A DNA stretch of 63,819 bases, filler included, from Theionarchaea archaeon (GTDB lineage: Archaea; Methanobacteriota_B; Thermococci; Methanofastidiosales; SZ-28-30): the NCBI GenBank assembly GCA_018992565.1. It is 3 parts of 3 records of this genome, joined end to end, with 100 filler letters (N's around TTAATTAATTAA, not from the genome) between each part and the next. Parts side by side here need not be neighbours in the genome. Positions count along the whole stretch, not along the records: positions 44,018 to 63,819 come from JACVGW010000053.1; 2 more parts are not named here. One strand, given 5' to 3'. The position numbers were made by a program, and so were the translations under genes. The notes beneath the pieces were generated by a model, which was not told the origin of the DNA, searched no databases, and was given only the letters and a program-made list of their open reading frames with translations. This document shows, piece by piece, positions 50,367-60,386 of the stretch (positions are counted from its first letter, which is position 1; each line of letters starts with the position of its first letter).

Positions 50367-51188
50367 ACAGGTGGTGTCCAGTCCAATTTCACCAGGGCCA
50401 CTACCGCATGCTGCACAAAATTGGGATTGAAGCCCGTTCTGGTGTTAATTGGTGATGAACCCGAAGAATACAGGGGGAATCTTCTTCTGGAAAAATTGAT
50501 GGGAGCTGAAATTCATTTCATTTCTGCAGATTCCATGGATGATGGAGCCAGAAAGGCAGATGAATTGATGGGAACACTGGCTCAGAACCTGAAAGCTCAG
50601 GGCCACACGGGTTATGTCCTGCCTGTAGGCGGATCTACTCCTGTGGGTATGGCAGGGTTTGTGAGAGGATTTCTTGAACTCATTCAACAGACGGAGGCTC
50701 TGAATATTTCTCCACAGTACATCATTGTGGCTACAGGGTCTGGAGGAACTCAGGCAGGGTTGCTGGTAGGAAAGATATGGAAAGAATCTACTATCAGAAT
50801 AGTAGGTATCCGAGTAGGGAAGATGTTTGAGCCATTTTGTGAGATGGTCTTGGGGAAGGCAAATGATACAGCACAGGCTCTGGGAATTGGGAAGTCAATC
50901 AGCAGAGAGGATGTTATTTGTTATGATGATTTTATTGGGGAAGGGTATGATATTCCTACCAGAGAGGCAAATGAGGCAATTAAACTGGTGGCCCGGACAG
51001 AAGCTGTTTTCTTGGACCCTGTCTACACGGGAAAGGCTATGGCAGGGTTAGTGGGGCTGGTAGAGCGCGGTGAGATATCACGGGATGATACTATCATCTT
51101 CTGGCATACAGGGGGTGACCCGGCACTATTTGCGGGTGAAGAACTGCTGGGAAGGGAATTCGTGGAATCTCTCAAGACTCCCCGCTGA
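50367..51188 (+). CDS. D-cysteine desulfhydrase/ACC deaminase family PLP enzyme, 5' end in gap
   Basis: GGVQSN, GNLLL, PVGGS, ATGSGGTQAG, LDPVYTGK, WHTGG. Confidence 0.93.
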   Translation, partial: TGGVQSNFTRATTACCTKLGLKPVLVLIGDEPEEYRGNLLLEKLMGAEIHFISADSMDDGARKADELMGTLAQNLKAQGHTGYVLPVGGSTPVGMAGFVRGFLELIQQTEALNISPQYIIVATGSGGTQAGLLVGKIWKESTIRIVGIRVGKMFEPFCEMVLGKANDTAQALGIGKSISREDVICYDDFIGEGYDIPTREANEAIKLVARTEAVFLDPVYTGKAMAGLVGLVERGEISRDDTIIFWHTGGDPALFAGEELLGREFVESLKTPR

Positions 51189-51205
51189 GCGCAAGAGGTG
51201 AGTTG

Positions 51206-51676
51206 ATGCACATTGTCTCAGCCGGACCTCAGCACGTTCCTGACATCATCGAGATCTGGAAGGAGTTGATGGATTTTCATGAGAAGATTGACCCGGGGCT
51301 TGGAAGGGGGGAGAAGGGACACATCCATTACCAGAAGCATATCGAAAGGATGATGGACTCAGAGAGAGCACAGGTCCTGGTGGCTGTAGACCAGGGGGAA
51401 GTACTGGGTTATTCTCTGGCCATACTCTTGGAAATTCCACCAATTCTCACATACTCGAAGCGGGGATTCATATCGGAGATAGCGGTAAGGTCAGCATACA
51501 GAAGGAAAGGCATTGGGACTGAAATGGTGGCCAGGATACTTGAATGGTTTGATTCTCAGGATATTAATCAGATTCAGGTACAGGTATCCTGCAAGAATGA
51601 AATTGGTTATAACTTCTGGAAGGCCCAGGGATTCAAGGAAAACCTGTACGTTATGCGGAAATTAAAGCCAGAATAA
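51206..51676 (+). CDS. GNAT acetyltransferase
   Basis: AYRRKGIG, N..GYNFWKAQGF. Confidence 0.9.
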   Translation: MHIVSAGPQHVPDIIEIWKELMDFHEKIDPGLGRGEKGHIHYQKHIERMMDSERAQVLVAVDQGEVLGYSLAILLEIPPILTYSKRGFISEIAVRSAYRRKGIGTEMVARILEWFDSQDINQIQVQVSCKNEIGYNFWKAQGFKENLYVMRKLKPE

Positions 51677-51768
51677 CTCCCTGATCTCCTACCTGACAAG
51701 CGGACTGAAGGAAGTCTCCTGGTGCAAAACATTCAAAAATCTTCAGGTCTCAAAGAAAGAGGTGTCAC

Positions 51769-53298
51769 ATGAAAAGCAGAGTTGTCATCCTCCATAACAT
51801 TCATGTAGTCTTCAACTTTCTGGGGTCAACCTTCCTGGTATTAAGCGGTATCCTGCTCATTCCTCTGCTGGTGGCAATACTCACTGGTGAGATAGAGGAC
51901 ATTCAGATAGTGAAAGCCTTTGTGTACCCTGCTGGCCTCTCCCTGACTGCTGGAATCACATTGCGAGGTGTATTTAGAGGAGGCTCAATATCACCAGTCC
52001 AAGCCCTGTTCATTTGCACCTTGGGGTGGCTGGGCTTTTCTGCTGTGGGGGGTATCCCTTTTGTGATAGCTGTGGACCACTCGTATATTGACAGTGTATT
52101 CGAAGCAATGAGTGGGTTTACTACTACAGGAATGACGTTATTTACGGGGCTGGACGCCCTCCCCAGGACAATTCTATTCTGGAGGAGTTTCACCCAGTTT
52201 CTGGGCGGCCTGGGCATTCTGACCTTCTTTCTGGCGATTACTTACCAGGGAGAGAGTTACCACAGGCTATTTGGAGCAGAATCCCACAAGATCGACGTGC
52301 GCCGCCCTGTGCCTGGATTAGCCAACACCGTTTCTATTCTGTGGAGTATTTACACAGGACTTACCATATGCATTGCGCTGGCCTTAATGGCAGCAGGAAT
52401 GAGTCCATTTGATAGTGTGTGCCACAGTTTTACCACACTATCTACAGGAGGGTTTTCTCCCCACGATGCCAGTATTGGATACTACGCCATGATTCATCAT
52501 CCCCATTCAGTACTCATTGAATATATCCTGATTTTCGGGATGATTCTGGGGGGAATCAACTTCCTGGTTCATTACCGGGTTCTCAAGAAGGATGTCAAGG
52601 CACTCTGGGATAATGTTGAAATGAAATACTGGTGGGGATTTATTCTTCTCTTTTGCGGTATAATTCTTGCAGAAAGGATGCATGCTGTCTCCTTCACGGA
52701 ACTTGAAGGGTTAGGGTCAATTGAAGAACATCTCAGAAAGGTCTTATTCCAGGTGACAGCTATTATTACTACTACCGGGTTTTCTACAGTCGATATTGGG
52801 TCATCTTTTTTCGGAGAGGTGGCCAGGCAGCTTTTTCTGGTATTGATGGTGGTAGGAGGATGTGTGGGATCAACAGGAGGGGGATTCAAGGTGCTGCGGG
52901 TGGCAATCCTGAGGAACCTGATAGGACGGGAAGTATTCCGGTTGAGGACTCCGAGACCGGCAATTTCCTCGGTGGTGATTGATGGGAAGCCAGTGGGCAT
53001 TGACGAAATCCAGAGAGTTGGAGGGCTGTTTTTTGCATGGATAATCCTGATTGTGGTGGGAGGAGTGATAACTGCATTCCTTTCAGGACTTTCAGGATAT
53101 GAATCTTTTTCAGGCATGTTCAGTGCTATGGGAAATGTTGGACCTTCCTTTATTTCGGTGCAGGCAATGGCTTCATTCAGCCCCATACTGAAGGTAGTGT
53201 ATATTGGTGCGATGCTGGCAGGTCGCCTGGAAATTCTCCCTGTTCTTCTCTTGCTGAGTCCTCGGGCCTGGAGTTCAAAGGGAATAATGAGGAGGTAG
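51769..53298 (+). CDS. trkH: Trk potassium uptake membrane subunit
   Basis: SGFTTTG, LSTGGFS, ITTTGF, GSTGGGFK, MGNVGP, AGRLE. Confidence 0.96.
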   Translation: MKSRVVILHNIHVVFNFLGSTFLVLSGILLIPLLVAILTGEIEDIQIVKAFVYPAGLSLTAGITLRGVFRGGSISPVQALFICTLGWLGFSAVGGIPFVIAVDHSYIDSVFEAMSGFTTTGMTLFTGLDALPRTILFWRSFTQFLGGLGILTFFLAITYQGESYHRLFGAESHKIDVRRPVPGLANTVSILWSIYTGLTICIALALMAAGMSPFDSVCHSFTTLSTGGFSPHDASIGYYAMIHHPHSVLIEYILIFGMILGGINFLVHYRVLKKDVKALWDNVEMKYWWGFILLFCGIILAERMHAVSFTELEGLGSIEEHLRKVLFQVTAIITTTGFSTVDIGSSFFGEVARQLFLVLMVVGGCVGSTGGGFKVLRVAILRNLIGREVFRLRTPRPAISSVVIDGKPVGIDEIQRVGGLFFAWIILIVVGGVITAFLSGLSGYESFSGMFSAMGNVGPSFISVQAMASFSPILKVVYIGAMLAGRLEILPVLLLLSPRAWSSKGIMRR

Positions 53299-53302
53299 TC
53301 TA

Positions 53303-53977
53303 ATGTTTGTAATTGTCGCAGGTGCAGGTATAATTGGAAAGGAAATAGTCAAAATGCTGGTAAAGAAGAAACATGATGTTGTAGTCATCGACAGAGACAG
53401 GGAGGTCTGTGAAATGTTGTATGCAGAGACTGGAGCAATGGTTATTCATGGCAATGCTTCAGATATCCTGGTTCTGGAAGAAGCAGGCGCAGCTCAAGCT
53501 GATGTCATTGTCTGCCTCATGCAGAGCCACGCTGATAATATTGCATGTTCACTACTGGCCAAGAGCCTGGGGATTCCGAGAATTATTGCCAGGTTGAAAG
53601 ATCCCAGATATGAGCAGGCGTACCTGGAAGCGGGAGTCACCACAGTTGCCAGTGTGGCTGACTTGTTGATAAATAGGATCATTATGGGAGTAGAGCAGCC
53701 CAAGGTAAAGAGGATTATGTCTCTGAGTGGGGGAGCAGAGATTTACGCTGTTAATATACCAGAAAAGGCACAAGTTTCTGGTATGAGGATTAGAGAGGTG
53801 ACAAGTCAATCCAAGTTCCCCAGAGAAGTTGTTTTCATGGGAATCTATGACGAAAATCAAGGGAGTTTCCAGATTCCAAGGGGGGACTACATCATGCAGC
53901 CAGGGTATACAGTATTCCTGGTCTCGAAGCCAGAAGACATCGGAAAGGCCACAGATATTCTGACCAGAGAGAAGTAG
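53303..53977 (+). CDS. trkA: Trk NAD-binding regulatory subunit
   Basis: AGAGIIG RCK-N domain and RCK-C (IPRGD). Confidence 0.93.
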   Translation: MFVIVAGAGIIGKEIVKMLVKKKHDVVVIDRDREVCEMLYAETGAMVIHGNASDILVLEEAGAAQADVIVCLMQSHADNIACSLLAKSLGIPRIIARLKDPRYEQAYLEAGVTTVASVADLLINRIIMGVEQPKVKRIMSLSGGAEIYAVNIPEKAQVSGMRIREVTSQSKFPREVVFMGIYDENQGSFQIPRGDYIMQPGYTVFLVSKPEDIGKATDILTREK

Positions 53978-54520
53978 TCTGATGGGAACCCGTGATCTGT
54001 CAGACAATGGGCTTCAATTCATAATGGATATTCTGTACAATTTTTACATTTCCACAAATTGAAAAGTCGATATCTATAAAGCAAGGTGGGCCTGTTTTGG
54101 AGTTTTCCTTCTTTTGGAAGGTCTTTCCTTCGATCTCTTTCGAGTTCGAATTCCGCTCGCATCAACACGAAGTCTTTGCGTGCACTCCTTACAGACCCAT
54201 CCTTTATATTCTGCCTTGATATATAAATCTTTCGGTTCAATGCTGTTAGAGTTAATTAATACTAAAAAGAAATTTCCACTGGAACTTTCCTGGCTATTGC
54301 TGTATGTAAATAAAGTTGATTTAGATTATCTTTCATTATTCCTATTTTCGATTGAATTGTCACAGAAATATCTTTTTGACAAGCGAAAAGATGTGTTGTT
54401 CCCATTTCTTTCTTGATACTTGGATGCACAGAAAGAGATTCTCAGATCACGATCTCGAGTGGTGCAGCCCTCATTTTGTATCAGTGAATGATAAGAGAGA
54501 GGAAGAAAAAACCTCACTTG

Positions 54521-55780
54521 CTAGAGCTCCTTCCACTTAGTGATCTTCACTGCAATAACCATCATCACTGCTGCAAAGCATCCCAGCACCACAAACGCCA
54601 TACCTGCATTTCCGGGGTTCTCATACACCATGATCTGAAGCAGCCCATCGTGGAAGTAGTGAAGAGGAAGCACCCTGGCAACTTCCTGTAAATATCCCGG
54701 CATCTGTTCAATAGGCCAGAAGGCACCAGACAAGAACATCATGGGAAAAGCAATTGCATTGCCCGCGCCCGAAGCAGCTTCCACATCCTTAATCACACCT
54801 CCCAGAACCATACCCACACTGCAGAACGCCACAGCACCCACGAGAATTAACAACAACGCATATGCGTCAGGTATGAGCCTCACATCAAAAATAATCCAGC
54901 CCAGAGCAATCATCACTCCAGTCAGAATAAACGCCAGCACTGTCTGTTCCAGCACATTTGCGAGGATCCAGCTGATCTTGGGCAAAGGAGTTGTAGCCAG
55001 CCGTTTCACCTGACCGTTTCTCCGGTATTCAGAGATTGTGGTGGTGGCCCCAATGATCCCATTGGTCATGATAAAGGCAGCGATAAATCCGGGTAGAAAA
55101 TAGTCCACTACCTTCATCGTCCTCTGCTCCAGCGGCATTCCCTCAATTGTAAGGACTTCCTCACTTCCCACCAGCCCATTACTGAAAGCATTTGCCACCC
55201 CGTGTATGATTCCCAATAAAGCAGGGGCTGCCATGTCCTGTTCATCCATTAGCAATACCAGCTGAGGACTCTCTCCTCCTTGACTGCCCAGCATAGTCTG
55301 AAGCGCCAGTTCACCTCTCTGTATCCCTTCAATATCCTCAGGGCTCATGTATGCTGCAAACTCTTCTCCCACAACCTCAAGCGTACTCACTGTTACCTTG
55401 ACCTTAACAGACACCGTCTTTTCAGCCGCCTGTTCATGGAACCCTTTTGGGATCATGAGAATTCTGTATCTGAACGAAAAAGAAGGATTCAACCTCACAT
55501 ATTCCTTAATATCCACATCATGCTCCAGGCTCCTTACATCAAAAGCACCAGTTGCCTTCAAAGCCTCCACGAATCCCTGAGACAATTCAGTGGGATTATC
55601 GTTGCTATCCACGTCCAGGTTCTGAACAAAGAGCACATACTGGCTGTTCCCTCCTCCGCCAAATACAGTACTAAAAATGATCAGCAGCATTATGGGAAAC
55701 AGGAACGAAAAGAATATACCTGCCTTGCTCCTCATCCAGCTTTTTAACAAAGCAGAAAACACTGCCATGACTCCTCTCAT
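54521..55780 (-). CDS. ABC-2 type exporter permease
   Basis: FFSFLFP, DYFLPG, KRLATTP, FLSGAFWP. Confidence 0.93.
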   Translation of the reverse strand: MRGVMAVFSALLKSWMRSKAGIFFSFLFPIMLLIIFSTVFGGGGNSQYVLFVQNLDVDSNDNPTELSQGFVEALKATGAFDVRSLEHDVDIKEYVRLNPSFSFRYRILMIPKGFHEQAAEKTVSVKVKVTVSTLEVVGEEFAAYMSPEDIEGIQRGELALQTMLGSQGGESPQLVLLMDEQDMAAPALLGIIHGVANAFSNGLVGSEEVLTIEGMPLEQRTMKVVDYFLPGFIAAFIMTNGIIGATTTISEYRRNGQVKRLATTPLPKISWILANVLEQTVLAFILTGVMIALGWIIFDVRLIPDAYALLLILVGAVAFCSVGMVLGGVIKDVEAASGAGNAIAFPMMFLSGAFWPIEQMPGYLQEVARVLPLHYFHDGLLQIMVYENPGNAGMAFVVLGCFAAVMMVIAVKITKWKEL

Positions 55781-56700
55781 ATTAATTCACCTCGCTCATC
55801 AACCCGTCCGCCTGCAAGCCGGGAGAACACATTGTCCATACTGGGCTCAACAATATCCAAGCGATATTTCTCATCCAGCTGGTACAGGGCGGCCAGAGTT
55901 TTTGCCACCTGAGTCCTCTCTTGGAAAACACCCTCCATGGCGCTGTCTTCTGTGATAACTCTCTGTGCAGTCTCCATTAGAATCGTCTCTATTTCCTCAT
56001 TGCAGGGCGATACTCTGATCCTGATTCCTCCACCATATGCAGAAATCAATTCGTCAATGCTCCCCTGGGCAATAATCTCGCCACCAAACATAACTGCCGC
56101 CCGATCACTCAACTGCTCCACTTCTTCCATATAGTGGGATGTCAACACCACCGTCTTCCCCATGCTCTTCAACCGTCTGATGACCTCCCACGTTTCCTTT
56201 CTGGCTTGAGGATCCAATCCGGTGGTAGGTTCATCCAGGAATAGGAGGACAGGGTCATTGATTAATGCCATACAGATACCTACTCGTCTTTTCATTCCTC
56301 CAGATAACGACTCAAAGTGTCGGTCTCTGGCCTCCCACATTCCCAGTTCCTCAAGGACACTGCGCAGATCAGGGTTCACCTGATAGATGCTGGCGATCAA
56401 TTCCACATTCTCTCTCACAGTCAATCTCTCAAAAGCATTGAAGTCCTGGGGCATGACCCCGATCCTCTTCTTGATTTCATCCTCTTCCCGGGTGACATCA
56501 TATCCCAGAACGGAGGCTTTTCCACTGGTGGGTGCCCTCAAACACTCCAGAATTTCCACAGTAGTAGTCTTGCCTGCTCCATTAGGTCCCACAAGAGAGA
56601 AAATCTCTCCCTTATTGACGGTGAATGAAACGTCATGTACTGCTATGACTGGTTTGTATTTCTTTACCAGGTTCTCAACGCATATGACTTCTTCAGACAT
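55777..56700 (-). CDS. ABC exporter ATP-binding protein
   Basis: GPNGAGKTT, LSGG, FLDEPT, TSH. Confidence 0.96.
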   Translation of the reverse strand: MSEEVICVENLVKKYKPVIAVHDVSFTVNKGEIFSLVGPNGAGKTTTVEILECLRAPTSGKASVLGYDVTREEDEIKKRIGVMPQDFNAFERLTVRENVELIASIYQVNPDLRSVLEELGMWEARDRHFESLSGGMKRRVGICMALINDPVLLFLDEPTTGLDPQARKETWEVIRRLKSMGKTVVLTSHYMEEVEQLSDRAAVMFGGEIIAQGSIDELISAYGGGIRIRVSPCNEEIETILMETAQRVITEDSAMEGVFQERTQVAKTLAALYQLDEKYRLDIVEPSMDNVFSRLAGGRVDERGELI

Positions 56701-57117
56701 ACTAACTCATCTCCTCAGCCAATCAAATCCTGTGCTCCTGTTGATTCAAAGGTGATTATCCCTTTTTTTCCGAACTGAACTACACTATATAAAGACTTTG
56801 ATGCGAAAATAGGTAGTTTTTTTTGTGCCCACCTTCTCGTCAATGCAAGGTTCTTCTACATCATCTCTTATCTGCTGAAAGGCTTCAGTTGGGTTAGTGC
56901 TCCAGGAGAATATCAGGAACCTCATGCTGCGACTTTGAAGGAGTGATATTGGATACTGTCCCTCACCATGGGGGAGCTCTCATCGATTTTAAGACTGTGG
57001 AGAGCTGTCAATAGCTACGCATTTCAAAATGCAGCAAGATTTTCTGTGTATTCTATAACGTACAGGGCAAATCAAAAAAGAGCATACCTTTAAATAACCA
57101 CTGGGGCATGTGAAGGT

Positions 57118-58254
57118 ATGGATGAACCTGCTTCTTTCGTTGAAGCACCTGGCTCGGATATTTCTGGACATCCTTTCACCATGCAGTTTGAAATCACAAG
57201 CAGGTGCAACCTGAGATGTACTCACTGCTATGATGAATCTGAGTCCCATAAGGACATGCCGCTTTCCCAGGTCAAGAGCGTCATAGAAAGGTTGCTGGGC
57301 TTCTGCAGGCGGTGGAAGAGGACACCCATTTTGTGGCTCACTGGAGGTGAACCCACACTCCATCATCACTTCTGGCAGATACTTGATTATATTGAGACCC
57401 AGAAATCAGGTACTCAAGTTGCCCTCCTGTCCAATGGAATCAACCTTACCAGTGACATGGTAGATGCTCTAACGGATTATCCAGCCCTGCAGTACATACA
57501 GATCAGTATTGATGGGGCCTGTGCTGAAACCCATGATGCTATCAGAGGTACAGGTTCATTTGACAAAGCCACAGAAGCCCTGAAACTACTTGCATCAACC
57601 CCTATAGAAACCCATATCCACTATGTGGTGCACAAGAAAAACTACCACGATGCATTCAAGATGACTGATCTTGCAAGGGTGTTGCAGGCAGATGTCCTGA
57701 CTGTCACCAGGCTTGTTCCCTGGGGAAGGGGAAAGGACCTCTTTCAGCACATGCTGAGCCCAGAGCAGGTTTACACTCTTTTCAGGAAGTTGAGTGACGA
57801 TTTTGATGCCATATCCTCTGAGAGCCCACCAAGGCCCCATATTGCACGCAGTCGATGTGACTGGCCTGTGATTTATTCCGACCCATCCACTCCTGAAGCA
57901 CTTACTAAGAACGGATCGAGATGCTGCGCAATCCATTCTTACATTAATGTCACAGAGACCGGAGACGTCTATCCCTGCCGGAGATTGCCCATCACAATAG
58001 GTAACATCTTGACCCAGGACCTTTCACAGATCTGGCAACATCCCCTGTTGTGGAAACTCCGTCAGAAAGACAAATTCGTCCAGGGCAAGTGCAGGGATTG
58101 TTACTTCTGTGTAAAAGCTCCTGAGGTGTGCAGTGGCGGTGCATCCTGCATTGCATATGCAGTGTACAATGATCCTTTCCAACCAGACCCACAGTGTCCT
58201 GTAACGCCATCTGAAGGACCTGCAAGTCTCGGCAGCGTATCAGGAGATCCATGA
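57118..58254 (+). CDS. Radical SAM/SPASM protein (paralog A)
   Basis: CNLRCTHC, TGGEP, SPASM C..GDVYPC..CRDC..CSGGASC..DPQC. Confidence 0.95.
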   Translation: MDEPASFVEAPGSDISGHPFTMQFEITSRCNLRCTHCYDESESHKDMPLSQVKSVIERLLGFCRRWKRTPILWLTGGEPTLHHHFWQILDYIETQKSGTQVALLSNGINLTSDMVDALTDYPALQYIQISIDGACAETHDAIRGTGSFDKATEALKLLASTPIETHIHYVVHKKNYHDAFKMTDLARVLQADVLTVTRLVPWGRGKDLFQHMLSPEQVYTLFRKLSDDFDAISSESPPRPHIARSRCDWPVIYSDPSTPEALTKNGSRCCAIHSYINVTETGDVYPCRRLPITIGNILTQDLSQIWQHPLLWKLRQKDKFVQGKCRDCYFCVKAPEVCSGGASCIAYAVYNDPFQPDPQCPVTPSEGPASLGSVSGDP

Positions 58255-58278
58255 GCACTCCATCCAAGAAAGGTCACG

Positions 58279-59667
58279 TTATTTCTGTAATTCGAGAATT
58301 TTCCTGACGAAAAATGGTACTCCATACGAAACAAAAGCCTTATAATTGTCACAATCAGCCCTGTAGATGTCTCCATGTTCCAAATACGCCCTGTAGGCAC
58401 AGCCTCCCCCACATAACAGTGCCAGTTCACATTCTCTGCACTCTGGAATGGACAAAACATCACGGTTGAACCACTGGTGATACTTTTCGTTGAACTCCAG
58501 CTGGGGTACAAATCGTCCTATTGAGAACTCAGTGTCTCCCACAGCTCTGGGACAGGAATAGATGTCCCCAAATAAATCAAATCCAAACCCCTTACAATGT
58601 GCAGAGCAGTAGAATGGGCGTGGGACAATATCCTCCCCTGTAGTCAGGGCATGGGATAGGAACCCCTTTTTCATGTACGTCCATTCATACAGCATCACCT
58701 CGAACACCCGTGGCTCTTTCTCTCTCAAATCGAGAATCCTCCTTGCCATCTCAGTGTAGGAAAGAAAGGAAGGAGAACTCATGCCTTTCCCCTCAAGAAC
58801 AAGGGCGATGGAGAACGTGATGTTGTCACGGTGTGCCCATCCGTGGGAAGTTATCCATTCAGCAAATTTCGGGAGATGTGAGAGGTTGTCTTCATCTACA
58901 TTGACTCTCACTCCTATTCGAATGCCTGCATCGAGGGCTTCCTCAATTCCCCTGACGATGTTGTCAAATGTTCCACTCCCATCTTTTTTTCTGCGCCTTT
59001 GATCATGCACCTCTTTGCATCCATCAAGTGTAACGCCCAGTCCGGTAACCTCATGTGAAGAAAGGAGTGGCACAAACTGCTCCAGGAAGTATCCATTGGT
59101 ATTTGCATGGAAGGTATAGTCCTTCTTATCTCCGTGATCAAGTATGTATTGTACTATAGACAATGTTGAAGGCAAGAATGGTTCTCCACCATAGAGAGAA
59201 AGCAGAGTGACACCTTCTAGTTCAGGTATGTTCTCAATGGCGCGAAAAGCAGCATTTACAGTTTTTTCATCAATTACAGCATTCATCCACTTTGCGCCTC
59301 TCGAGAGGAGATGATCAGTCCAGCAGTAGGTGCAGCGCATGTTACACTGGTAGGTTACACTAATGGAAGCAGTCGGCTCTCCTGAAGCCTTCTGGGCATT
59401 GTATTTTTCCATTAGAAGTTCCTTTTCCTCCAGTTCTGTCAGTGAGGTAATGAATCCATATTCTTTCAGTAATGAGAGGGTTGAGGGAGTCCCACAAGGA
59501 AAGGATGCGAGAGTGCTGTATTCTTTCTCCTCCAGTATTGCCACTTTCCCACTGAGAGGATTACAGATAAGATAGAGTGGATCTTCTGACGCGGTAATTT
59601 CAGAGGAAAGAGGAATAACAACATTGTGACTGCTAGTCCTAGCCATGGAGATGTCTTTCACCTTCAA
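58279..59667 (-). CDS. Radical SAM/SPASM peptide maturase with N-terminal RRE-like region
   Basis: N-terminal YLICNPLSGKVAIL..LKEYGFI, CNMRCTYC, YGGEP, SPASM YC..GDIYSC..CRECELALLCGGGC..C. Confidence 0.93.
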   Translation of the reverse strand: MKVKDISMARTSSHNVVIPLSSEITASEDPLYLICNPLSGKVAILEEKEYSTLASFPCGTPSTLSLLKEYGFITSLTELEEKELLMEKYNAQKASGEPTASISVTYQCNMRCTYCWTDHLLSRGAKWMNAVIDEKTVNAAFRAIENIPELEGVTLLSLYGGEPFLPSTLSIVQYILDHGDKKDYTFHANTNGYFLEQFVPLLSSHEVTGLGVTLDGCKEVHDQRRRKKDGSGTFDNIVRGIEEALDAGIRIGVRVNVDEDNLSHLPKFAEWITSHGWAHRDNITFSIALVLEGKGMSSPSFLSYTEMARRILDLREKEPRVFEVMLYEWTYMKKGFLSHALTTGEDIVPRPFYCSAHCKGFGFDLFGDIYSCPRAVGDTEFSIGRFVPQLEFNEKYHQWFNRDVLSIPECRECELALLCGGGCAYRAYLEHGDIYRADCDNYKAFVSYGVPFFVRKILELQK

Positions 59668-59910
59668 CAGATCACCTTGCAGGTACGGATATGACTATGA
59701 GGTACTGTGTACATGGAATATTTAAGTATTAGCATTGACGAGAGTGCCGCTTGTGATCGCAGACACGTGCATTGCACATTTCATTTGAGGACGACTACCT
59801 TCTCATGCGCTGAAATAAGTGAGAAAAGCTTTCCGAATATCATTGGAAAAAGAGAACGCCAGCGTTGTTCGAGAAGGTATTGTTTGTAAATCTTCCTCAG
59901 TCTGAAACCA

Positions 59911-59922
59911 AAAGATTTATAT
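59911..59922 (+). promoter_or_regulatory. BRE/TATA for the candidate precursor gene
   Basis: AAAGATTTATAT, the same motif seen at the promoters near 42777 and 46229. Confidence 0.6.
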
Positions 59923-59957
59923 GGTTGTTGAGTACATATAAGACAGAAACAGAGGAG

Positions 59958-60113
59958 GTGAGATGTACGCACGTAATACCCAAGGTCTGGAAAGGAATTG
60001 TCGTCACCACGGGTGAAGTACAAACCAATGCCGTTATTCAGAACCCACGCGGTTACTGCTGTGGCGGCTGTGGTAGCGGCTGCAGTTTTGCTGGTGCAAC
60101 TGGATGTAAGTAA
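59958..60113 (+). CDS. Candidate RiPP precursor peptide (~48-51 aa) with Cys/Gly-rich core
   Basis: (M)RCTHVIPKVWKGIVVTTGEVQTNAVIQNPRGYCCGGCGSGCSFAGATGCK; own TATA and GGAGGTGA element; flanked by rSAM/SPASM genes. Start codon ambiguous. Confidence 0.75.
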   Translation: MRCTHVIPKVWKGIVVTTGEVQTNAVIQNPRGYCCGGCGSGCSFAGATGCK

Positions 60114-60386
60114 CGACAGCTGAGCGGTATCCAGTTGACGTTGGTAGAGAAGAAATGGAACCTACACTCTAATGGAGAGACTACTCCATGTAGCAGGTTC
60201 TGCTTCAGCTTAGGGGAACTTCTGGAGGGAAAATCCTCCCGGAATGATGCCACGTTAATGGGTATTTGATCCCTAACTTCGAATGGTAGTCTAACAAAGG
60301 TTCCAGAGGAGGACTCTGAACACTGATGTAGTGGACAATTCGAGTCTTCTAAAGGGGGAATTCATAGAGGTCTTCAGACGAGCTAT

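Noticed and set aside
54019..54517. AT-rich short ORFs with CxxC (WKCKNC)
   Set aside because: No coherent frame, RBS or family motif; at most a decayed remnant.
59865..59957. N-terminal extension of the 82-aa ORF call
   Set aside because: It contains the gene's own BRE/TATA and has no RBS; the real start is downstream.
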